The position numbers and the translations under genes are program-made. The notes beneath the pieces are model-generated. The model ran no database searches and was not told the DNA's origin. It saw only the letters and a list, made by a program, of their open reading frames with translations. Positions 52,930 through 64,000 of a stretch of 64,000 nt of DNA are shown here, one piece after another; position 1 is the first letter of the stretch, and every line of letters begins with the position of its first letter. The stretch is taken from the NCBI RefSeq assembly GCF_009914755.1, contig NC_060926.1; one strand, given 5' to 3'. The stretch comes from the human T2T-CHM13v2.0 reference genome, Homo sapiens.

Positions 52930-54700
52930 CTAATATTGGACTAACTCTCCCAAGAAAACAATGATAAACTCTAAGCAAATATTAAAAACAATTGTTTGAA
53001 GATGCTAGAAAGTAGTCAAAAGCAGGCCGAAATGGAGATGATTTGATCCTAAAAAATGGAGATGATTGGATCTCACCCATAAGGGGTGAGATCCACCCTT
53101 GGCTTTCTTACTGGGGCAATCCTTAGCCCCACTGAACTAGAAGTAAAACCACACCCTTATTATAGAAGTCAGAACAAAGTTGGGACTGCTATAGTGGCTG
53201 GAAATTAAGGGGAAAAAATCTCAGAGAAAAAAGAGTCATAGAAAGGGAATTCCAAAATCTGCAATATAAACTTCACTTAATCTTTGGCTGACTGCTGAAC
53301 TATGCATATGAGAGGTGAGACTCCAGGAAACTTGGCAGGAAAAACAACTCTTAAAATGCTGAAGATCTAAGAAATATTTTAGTAGCTGCCCAATGCAGGA
53401 GAGACAGAGTTTGAGGTTAAAGGAGCTTGGTAAAAATTTTAAACTTTCAATAAAAAACAGAAGAGCCATGTCTTAGGAGTAAAAACTATGTTCTAAGGCT
53501 AAGAAATTCACTCTAGGACTGAAGGGCAAACCAACATTGGTTCAAGATAATATGCCATTAATTTAACTCCTTACTGGAATAAAACTCAACTCCTTTGCAG
53601 AGGAAGAGGACAGAATTCATATCTCTACAACATTTCAACCACAATGTTCAGTATATAATTAAAAATTACTAAGCATATAAGTCAACAAGAAAATATTATC
53701 TAGAGTCAAAGTAAAATTAGTCAAAATTAACAGACTCACAGATGACAAAGTCATTGGAATTAGATGAAAAAGACTTGAAAGTGTTAGAAATATGCTAAGG
53801 GAACTATGTGAAAAAAATAATATAATGGGTGAAAAGATGAAAATTTCAGGAGAGGTATAAAAACCATGGAAAGGACAAAACAGAAATCCTAGAGCTAAAA
53901 AAAAATACAATACCATACATTAAAAATTCATTGCATATGATTAACAATAGAGTGGACATGACAAAAGAGATCACTGAACTTGCAGACAGGTCAATACAAT
54001 CATCCAATCTGAAGCATAAAATGAAAAAAATTTGCAAAAATAACAAAGCTTCAGTGACTCGTAGGACAGTATTGCATGGTATAAAAGCATGTATTTGGTG
54101 TACAAGAAAGAAGAGAGAAGGAGAATAGGATAGAATAAGTATTTGGAGAAATGTGGGACAATATTTTTTCCAAATTTGATCACAAACAGCTACCCATAGA
54201 TCCAAGAAGTTCAGTGAACTACAGCAAGATATGCAACTAAGCACAACAAAGTTAAAACAAATTTTTCAAAGAAGTTAGAAGAAGGAAAAGAGACTTATCA
54301 TATACAAGGGAACAAAGGCAAGAAAATCAGCTGACTTTTCATCAGAAAATAATGGAAGACAGAAGACAATGAAAAGTTATCTTTAAAGCCTATTATCAAT
54401 AAAATATCTTCCAAAAATAAGGGTGCAATAGACACATTTTCATGAACAAAAACTAGGACAATTTTTTCACAAGCAAACCAACACTACAAGAAGTGCTAAA
54501 GAAAGACATTAAGATTGAAGAAGAATAATGCTAGGTTGAATTTGGATCTACAGGAAGATATAAGGTGATGAAAATATTTAAAATAGGAGTAAATATAAAG
54601 GACCACTTTTTTTCTTAAATTTGTCAAAAGTCAGTTAAATGTTTAAAGGAAAATAACAATGTATTTTGAGGTTTACAATATTTTTGGAAGTATGGCAATA
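52930..54700 (+). mobile_element. Old L1M 5' UTR and ORF1 relic
   Basis: ORF1-like INNRVDMTKEITELADRSIQ (53931-54128); 'cagctgacttttcatcagaaaataatggaagacagaagacaatg'. Confidence 0.7.
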
Positions 54701-54703
54701 ATA

Positions 54704-54742
54704 TTAGTTTGGTGCAAAAGTAATTCCTGTGTTTGTCATTAA
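54704..54742. mobile_element. Half MADE1
   Basis: ttagtttggtgcaaaagtaatt...tttgtcatta. Confidence 0.7.
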
Positions 54743-54789
54743 ATACCATGTAAAAATACGGAAAAGAATATAAATGAGCTAATGGTCAA

Positions 54790-55180
54790 TGGAGAATCTT
54801 GGCAAATTTTTGAACAGAGAACTGGGCAGCAAAGTGACACAATTTAAACTGTTCCTTTAGAAGAGTCGTACAGTAGCATGACACAGGACAGATGAGAAGG
54901 AGCAGCATATTGGATGTATTGAGGAAGATCCCATAGGACTTGGAAACTGATAGGAAGTGGTACAGGGAAAATAACAGTGATGTTAAACAGCACTTCCATT
55001 TTGGGGGGGTGGGGGGGCGGTGATAAAGTTGGTATTATCGTTAAAGAAACAGGGAACTTTGTAGACAGAACTACCATGGGAAGAAAATGGTGAGTTTACG
55101 TATGGTTTTACCAAGTCTGAAGTATAGGTGAGATCACATAGGTGGAGAAGGATGGCAAGCAATTCAAAGTATGGGTCTCT
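54790..55180 (-). mobile_element. L2 relic
   Basis: 'ttttgaacagagaact...ggatgtattgaggaagatcccataggacttgg'. Confidence 0.5.
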
Positions 55181-58029
55181 CCTACACAAATTCCAGTGTC
55201 TGTCCTCAAAAATTTATGGTTTTTATGTGACTTGTTTCCACCATTTGCTACATGATTTATTGAAAAAAATTTTAATATATTCAAGCTGTTAGCAAGAGAA
55301 ATATATGTAAACTATAGAAGAGTAGGAGATTTGTAAAATAGTTTGTCAAAAAGTCTTTTGGTCCACCCTCCCATCTCTGAGCAAAGGAGTAGGGCCAAAA
55401 GCCAGCAGCCTCTGAGCTTCAGGCCAGACAAAAGCACACCTGCTTTGCTCTGCAGACTGGCAGGCTGGTTTCTGACTATTCTTTAGTTGCTGCCTAGTTG
55501 TTGCCCATATTACCACTTACCCTTCCTTCTCTATGTTCCTGGATTTTGTGATGCTCTGAATCCATCACTATGTACACAGAAAAATGATAAGACTAGTAGG
55601 AAGAACCAAGAGGCCAGCCCTTCCAATTTACCTATCCCTCTCTCCCTTTCTCCCTCCCCTGGCAGTTATCCAATGGAGAGACCACTTATGCATTAAGCTG
55701 TGACAGATACCACTGGAGGGATTTGCCTTATGCCTACCTCATATTTAAGTTTTCATTTATTAACCCTTCTTCTAACTGTCCTGAAGTCAGTCCTACTATA
55801 AATCGAATTATGAAGTAGATAAAGATATTCTTCAACACTTGGTCCCCACATTTGGGGACCAATTACCAAAGGTGACCTGTGTCCTCCCACTGCCCAGTGT
55901 CCTACTCTGGTGCCCTCCAGATAATTCACTCTTCTTCTTTTTCCCCTCTCTGTATATCCCCTCACTTTTGAAAACTTCAACTTCCTTACTATTTCCAACA
56001 TCAGGGAAAAGTTAGAAGAAAAATAATTTAATTGACCTAATTTAAATAATAATGTCATTATTGGAATCTTAGCCTCAGCCCGAGAATTTGCTTTATTTTT
56101 AAACTCTCGTATACTCAAGTGAACCTCTGGACCATGTGATAAGGGGGGGAAGAAAAAGTGCAACCTTTATTTTAGTCTGTAGTATTATAATGCTAAAATA
56201 AGTTAGCACTAACTATGCTATTCATTTTAGTGTACTTTGCTTCACAAAATATTGTTTAATGTTCCAGGATGAAATCTAAATATAAGACAGTGAGATCATA
56301 GTAGTATTATTTTCCATATGGAAAAACTATCCAGACAGGTCTACTTACCTTCGTCATTCCCATGTATCCCTGCTTTCCTCTCTTGGGTGAAACATTATTG
56401 ATAAGCATGCATAGGGCCACATTTTCTCCATCTGCTTCACATGTTTATGCTATTTTAACATCTTGCCTGCTTCACTCCCTCTTTTTCCCTATTTAGGGCT
56501 ATTTTCATTTTTTTGACCACTAAGAAGAAATCAATAAAGGAACTCAAAAGATTCTTAACTTTGCCCCTTTTCTGGCCCAGTTTAAGATTTAAATATATAT
56601 AATTGATTAAGAGTTAGGCAAAAGTTAAGAGAAAGGTAACTTCATGTCATTTCCTTACCCCAAAAGTGACTTTTCATTATGTAGATTGTTTCTAACCGTT
56701 TCTTTGCCTCTCCTCCATTCTGCAAAGTCCATCTCCATCCTCACTTGCTCCTCCTCTTCCTGAACTTTCGTAGAGCTTCTTGTCAATATCGCACACTTTA
56801 TACTCCACATTCAAGTACTCTCAACTTCTCCATGTGTGTAAATACTGCTTCTCCATCGAGACCATGAGTTTTTAGAGATGAGAACCTTATCCTATAAATC
56901 TTAACACATCTTGTAGTTCAAGGCATATAGTAAAAATGCAGTGGCTTGAGGAGTTAAGATCTTTAACAATAAGAACCCATGGAGAGTCCTCAATGATCCT
57001 GGAGTAGCTTAGAGGCTTGTCTCGTGGCTTGCAATTTTCCAAATAGTTTTCCGCAATGGAAACCCCAAAATAGCCATTGAGTACAAAGCAGGACAGAATC
57101 AAACACCAATATCTAGTCAGTGAAGGAATTTCCTTATTCTTCTATTTGGCTGATGTTTTCTGAACGTTTCCTGTGTACGTTTACATGGTACTAGGAAGAA
57201 AAGTTTGTAGAAGACAGTTCCTGGGCTCCAAGAATGCAAATGAAACACTAAAAAATGTAAAATCAAGAAATGATTAAATTCTGGTGTTTTCAGGAATGAA
57301 GAAAATAGTAAATAATAGAAAGAGGAAGCTAAAAAGGTTTTACCCATTTTATCTTAATCATTATGATCATCAGTTCATATTTAATCTGGTGACTAAAGGA
57401 TGCAAAATCATAGTTTATCACAGTGAGTTGCATAATAGAACATAAAAAGCACTTGCTTTTATGTGTTTAAATAAAAAAAACTAGAATTTAAATTATTATA
57501 AACTGAATAGCTGAATGGCACTGACAAATAAGGAAACAGAGTGCCTATTCGTAGTATCATTGAAATATTGGTATAACACATTGGGAGAAAAGTAATTGTG
57601 TACATTCAAGACAATTTTCATGGCTGAAGAACACATTAAGTTGTCTATCTTTGAGTTGATTTATTTTACGTTTCTCTGAAACAGAGTCATGACAGGCCAA
57701 TGGAAACAAAATAAAATAGAGCGTATTATTCTGCCTTTTTTTTTTCTTTGGGAATAAGCTCAGATCTGAACACACTGATGAAGGCCGTATGGCCTTTGCT
57801 GCTGCTGAGAATCGACGCGAATGCGTTGATGGATTCCACAATTCTAACTATGGGCTGAAATCAGGTGGAAAGTAGGTGACAGCTAACACAAAATTCTAGG
57901 TGGAGAACAAAATGCTAGCAATACTAATTACTGACTATCCCATTTACTCTAGTATGAATAAAACCTTGGGGAGAAGAGTAAAACCTGAAAATCATTGAGT
58001 TTCCAAGTGGATATTCTAAGAATGTACAC

Positions 58030-58730
58030 AGCTCTGTACTGTTTCCTCTGCCTGGAATGGTCTTCCTCTACACAGTCCATGAACTCATCCATTCGCTTCA
58101 ATCAAGTCACCTCTCAAACAATGCCTCTTCAGAGAAGAATTCCTAGACTGCTCTATCTATAATTTCAGCACCCCATTCCTATCACTCCTGACTCCTCACT
58201 GTGCTTCCAGTCAGAATAATCTGTGTTATAGTGCCATAATAGCTAATCCTCAAATCTTGGTGGCTTAAAAAAAAAGTTTATCACTATGAAAAATCTACCG
58301 AAAGTTGAGCAACTCTCCCAGGCAGTCCTCCTTCATAAATCCTCATCAGTATAAACCAATACACCTTGCACAGCAAGTGAAAGTGTGGTGGACAGTCAAG
58401 GCCATGAAGTAAAGATTTCCACCCAAAGATGACACAGATCACTTCCACTTACATTTCATTGGCCAAAGCCACACTAAACTACAAGTGGGCAGGGAAGTGT
58501 CATCCTCCTACGTGTCCAAGTGGATGTAAGAATGTCTGGCACATCATGCTTTATTTGTCTTCATGACACTTTTCATCTAACATCATTTAATATATTTTAT
58601 TTGTTATTATTTGACCCTCCTTACTAGAATGTAAGCATTCTGAGGGCAGGGAACTTATCTATTTGTTCGTTGCTTTACCCTCAGCTCTTAGAACAGAGAT
58701 TCTCGATTAATATTTATTGAATGAACAAAT
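58030..58730 (+). mobile_element. L2 3' end split by an old MLT1 fragment (~58220-58530)
   Basis: 'ctgtttcctctgcctggaatggtcttcc'; 'ctagaatgtaagcattctgagggcaggg...tatttattgaatgaa'; MLT1-like 'acatttcattggccaaagc'. Confidence 0.65.
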
Positions 58731-58769
58731 AAGAACACAGAAAATACTATGTTTTACACAAGGAATTAC

Positions 58770-59360
58770 CAGTGCAAATGCTTAAAGGACCCAGCTGTTA
58801 ATATAGCAAGGGAAGCAAGCAAGGTTAGAACTGTGGCTAAGTGGAGCACTTCTTCCATTACCTAAAGGCCACTAGTTGCTGCCTTGAATGATGGACCCAG
58901 CATAGCTAGATCTGATTTTTTTTTTTTTTTTTGAGGCAGAGTTTCACTCTTGTTGCCTGGGCTGGAGTGCAATGGCGAGTCTTGGCTCAGTGCAACCTCT
59001 GCCTCCCAGTTTCAAGTGATTCTCGTGCCTCAGCCTCCCGAGTAGCTGGGATTGCAGGTGCCCACCACCACATGCCCGGCTAATTTTTGTGTTTTTAGTA
59101 GAGACGGGGTTTCACCATGTTGGCCAGGATGGTCTCGATCTCCTGACCTCAGTTGATCCACCTGCCTCGACCTCCCAGAGGGCTGGGATTACAGGTATGA
59201 GCCACCGTGCCTGGCCTGCTAGATCTGATTTTTTTATGAGAAGTTAAAAATCTTGATTTTTAAATGAAAGCTCTGATTTTTTCATGTGGTTCAAAAGTTG
59301 TCAAAAACATATGCAGGTCATACCCAGCAAACATGAATGTTAGTCTATGCCTTGTGCTCT
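58770..59360 (+). mobile_element. MER102-like hAT relic split by an Alu
   Basis: 'gctagatctgattttttt atgagaagttaaaaatcttgatttttaaatgaaagctctgattt'. Confidence 0.5.
58916..59216 (-). mobile_element. Alu (AluSq/Sp-like)
   Basis: 'gagtttcactcttgttgcc...gtgcaatggcg'; TSD gctagatctga. Confidence 0.97.
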
Positions 59361-60999
59361 AGGTGGAAAGACTGAACGAATGAGTTTTGAGATTTACAAA
59401 GTTTCAATTAAGTGAAGAGAAAATGCGAAAAGAGAGGAAAAGTAGAATCTCCACATTCATCTCTCTGTCACCTAAACTCTTATTTGGAGGGATCCCTGCT
59501 CTACCTCTTTCCCTCTCACCCCTACTCCTCTTTACCCAGGAATTTAGAAAATACCCCTATATTTCTAGAACTAGTTTCATTTATTTATTTTGAATCCTTT
59601 GAATAGGAGTCAACCTTGCCTTCACTGATGTTATTGTGTGTCTTACATAGCAATATCTAAACAAATGAGAAACCGTGGGGAGAGATCTTCAAGGTGAAAA
59701 CATTTAGAATAAAGAATTGCTGTGTTTAAAATGGCACTGGCAGTATAAAAGATCTAATATCTATTTCATGTAACAGACGAGGTCCAAACCAGGGAACTCT
59801 TCTCTGTAACCAATAATTTGACCTGATTACATCATATCTTTTTCTCTTTGCCCTAAAGTTGAACTTTGTATATAGAGGGGCTGCCAAACACATTTACACT
59901 GTAGAGAAATGTTGTTTTCCAATGTATCACCCAAGAGGTTTTAATTCAGATGAAAATGTTCAAAAATTAAATTTCTGTATTTCTTTGGACCTAGCTTGGG
60001 ATGGTTTAGCAAGCAGTCTTCATACGACTTTTCTTGTCTAGAGGGAATTATCACTGGGCAAGCTCAGTCAAACTTTAAGTGCAGTTGTTCATTTCGGTGG
60101 CCCCAAGCCCATACCTGGGAGTTTTCCAGCTGTGGAATCAATGAAAAACGCCCCAGTCAGGGACACAGTACTGGATTCCAGGCAACCTGCTTTCCCAAGG
60201 AAGCACTTGGATTAAAACAGGCCTGCCCCTCCACTCTTAAAGAGAATTCTACCACCCTGTTCTGCACTCCCAGATAGCCCTGGGTGTATAGTGCTGCCAT
60301 TTCAGAGCTCCGTCGTGATGTCTATCACATGTTGGCTTTAATTCTAGGACAATTCTAGAGAAATAAGAAATACCGAGCAAACTTTTCCCTGCCCAGGCAA
60401 TCCTCCAGTGAAAATTCTCACAGCGAATAGATTTCTGGTGGACATAGACATGCTTGTAATTGACCTTCTCACTAGGCCCTACACATTTCTGGATATCATG
60501 AGTTTCAGTATTGTCTTGAAATAGATAAGGCCTCTCGTCCATGGTTTATAAAACAAAATTACCAAGACTGAAATTGGAAATCTTGTTCTTACAGAGGCAA
60601 ATGAAAACATGAAGTTCTCTGGAGATAGTTCATGAGCAAAAGAAAATTACTTTCATAGAATTCTAGAAATAATTTATTTTAGAAATTCTAGTATTGACTT
60701 GATTCTGAAAATAATTATATCATCATCTCTCCAAAACAGTTATCTTCAAAGTGGCCACTTATTTAACAAAAAAATCAATTCGGTCAATATGGCATTTTAA
60801 GATTATGCCTTCAAATTCCCTTTTGCACACACACAAATACAGCCTAGCAAACAGAAATTGAGGCAAGCCACCCATTGGCTGGGTAACTGACTTGCCAACA
60901 TTCCTTAAACTGGTTCTGGATTAAAAGGTCTTAGATGACCATTTGAAAGCTGGTACTAAACTCCTAAATAGGAAGAGGATGTTGGGAGTGGGATAAGAG

Positions 61000-62075
61000 G
61001 AGAAAGAACTTGTAATATGAGAAGACTTGGCAAACCAAAGTGCTCATATACGAAAAGAAATAAAATGCCGAGAAAGATAGCCAATGACATCAACTATTGG
61101 GAGATTAATTCAATTCAGGTAAAATTAAAATAGTGGAGAAATGATTAAAACATCTGAAAATGCGTATGCTTAGACTCTTCAGAGTGATAAATTGTGCGAA
61201 AAAATAAAAAATAACAAGAAATAATGAAACCAAATAGGCAGAAATAAAACAATAATAGGTAGATGAGAAAAGAGCCAACTAGAAATCTTTAAAATGAAAA
61301 ATTTAGTTAAGATTTAAAACAGTTAATAGATGGACAAATAGATCTACACACAGGTGACAATTTTGTGAATTGGAAGGTTGTCTTGAGGAATTCACCAGGA
61401 ATAAAGCATGAAGGAATAAGTAGATTAAAATTAGGAAAGAGAAGTTGAAGACACGGAGATTCAACATGATTAATCTCAAATGTCTTATACTGTTTGAAAT
61501 CTGCTAGACAAAAAGAGTTTTGTCTATAAATTAATACAATTTAATTTATAGTATTCTAAATGACCAAAGGCAAATCACTGGCTGCCTGGAAGGGTGGAGG
61601 GGGGAATGGCAGGAAAGAAGAATTACAAAAGAGTAGGGAGCAACTTTTGGGAGTGATGAGTAAGTTTGTTATCTTGATTGTGGTGATGATTTCATAGGTT
61701 CACAAATACATATATCAAAACATATTGTACACCTTAAACATGTGTAGTTTATTGTATATCATTTCTACCAAAATAAAGCCATTTTGATAAGTATTTTTTT
61801 CTAAAAAAAAGAAAAAGGAATCAAGAAATACTAAAGGAAATTAAGAATATCTAAAAATGATTCTTTGAGAAGACAAATTAAACACACTTCTGGCAAGATC
61901 AATCAACAAAAACCAAAGGAAAAACAAATAAAGTCTAATATTTGAATTCAAGATTTTAAAAATTACAATTTTATGCCAATGATATGGAAACTTAGATGAA
62001 AAGAACCAATTTCCAGAGAAGTATAAACCATCAAATTGAGTAAAGAGGAAGCAGAAAGTAAGAATAAAGAAGTAA
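61000..62075 (+). mobile_element. Mosaic of old L1M/HAL1 fragments
   Basis: ORF1-like A-rich segment; L1M 3' motif 'cttttgggagtgatgag...tatcttgattgtggtgatg'; ORF2-like 'ttctttgagaagac...ctggcaagat'. Confidence 0.55.
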
Positions 62076-62082
62076 CCACTTG

Positions 62083-62522
62083 CGACTGGGTGTAGTTGCT
62101 CATGTCTGTAATCCCAGCACTTCAGGACACCAAGGCGGGAGGATCACCTGAGGTCAGGAGTTCGAGACCAGCCTGGCCAATATAGTGAAACCCCCGTCTC
62201 TTCTAAAAATACAAAAATTAGCCAGGCGTGGTGGCTCACACTTGTAATCCCAGCACTTTGGGAGGACAAGGCAGGTGATCACCTGAGGCCGGGAGTTCGA
62301 GATCAGCCTGGCCAACATGGTGAAACCCCATCTCTACTAAAAATACAGAAATTAGCTGGGTGTGGTGGTTCATACCTGTAATCCCAGCTACTCAGGAGGC
62401 TGAGACAGGAGAATCACTTGAAACTGGGAGGCAGAGGTTGCAGTGAGCCAAGATCATGCCACTTCACTCTAGCCTGGGCGACAGAGCTAGATTCAATCTC
62501 AAAAATAAAAATAAAAAAAAAA
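62083..62522 (+). mobile_element. Trimeric Alu (left-left-right, AluS)
   Basis: Extra left monomer 62083-62219 followed by a full Alu; aagaagtaa on both flanks. Confidence 0.93.
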
Positions 62523-62553
62523 GAAGAAGTAATTAAGTAATTATTTGCCTATT

Positions 62554-63002
62554 TGCTATGGGTTGAATTGTGTTCCCTCAAAAAGATATATTGAAATATG
62601 AATCCCCAGTACCGCAGAATGTAACCTTATTTGGAAATGAAGTCTTTTAGAGGTAATAGGTTATTAATGTGAGCCCTAATTATATGACTGGTGTCCTTAT
62701 AAAAAGGGGAAACAGAGGGCAGACACACACAGAGCAAAGACTGTGTGAAGACACACAGGGAGTAGACAGCCGTGCAGCTGGAGTGATGCGGCTACAGGCC
62801 AAGGAGCCTGAAGGATGCTGGCAGACACAGAAGCTAGAAGAGTAAGGCAGGATTCTCTCTTAGAGACTTCAGAGAACACATGGACCTGCCCACACCTTGA
62901 TTTCAGACTTGCGGTCTCTAGAACTGTAAGATACGAACCATCTGTTGTGTTGAGCTGCCTAATTTGTGGTGCTTTGTCACAGCATCCCTAGGAAATTAAT
63001 AC
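62554..63002 (+). mobile_element. MLT1C-like solo LTR
   Basis: tgctatgggttgaattgtgttccctcaaaa...ccttatttggaaat...ccctaggaaattaatac. Confidence 0.9.
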
Positions 63003-63180
63003 TCTGTTGAACAAAAATCAAACCAGTAACCCAAATATTTTCCTTCATCCATATCAAATGAAACAAGGCCCAGGTTGTTTTGGAGGAAGTTTTCCAAGAC
63101 CTTTAATAAACAGATAATTCCTGTGAGAAACTACCCAACTCATTTTGTCTTTAATGACTTTCACGTAAAAACTGACCACA

Positions 63181-63869
<689 letters not shown>

Positions 63870-64000
63870 CTAAATATCATGTTAATTGTCATGTAAAATA
63901 AATGCATCAGTGTATTTTAAAATATCATTATGACAAAGAGAAGTTTATTCCAGAAGTGATAAAATAGCTTACTAGCTGAAACTCTAGGTATGTATCAACT

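Noticed and set aside
57776-57835. Hammerhead ribozyme or C/D snoRNA (CUGAUGA plus stems)
   Set aside because: There is no GAAA after stem II, no valid NUH site and no stem I. The C-to-D box distance is too short for a snoRNA.

Overview
This is primate (human-like) genomic DNA, AT-rich and CpG-depleted, intergenic or deep-intronic. I cannot support any protein-coding exon, RNA gene or gene name, and I cannot identify the locus. Roughly half of the window is recognisable transposable-element sequence. It includes about 14 Alus, a near-full-length old L1PA (44935-51458, minus), several L1M and L2/L3/MIR relics, LTRs (MLT2A/B, MLT1, MER41A, LTR12, MER34-like, LTR16/LTR41-like) and DNA transposons (full-length HSMAR2, Tigger3, MADE1, MER63A, hAT-Charlie types). 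The recognisable ORFs in the track are TE- or microsatellite-derived; the rest look like chance ORFs. Subfamily names are from memory of consensus sequences, not from a search. I found no convincing new biological system. The most notable observations are: (1) a 93-bp copy of a site 3.9 kb away pasted into the TA-rich tract of an MLT2A LTR; (2) a 1.2-kb AT-rich minisatellite built from self-complementary units whose variants occur as reverse-complement pairs; (3) a MER41/LTR12 hybrid with two LTR 5' ends and a TSD-like flank; (4) several small fold-back or templated-insertion scars; (5) a CpG-retaining candidate enhancer with a C/EBP palindrome.
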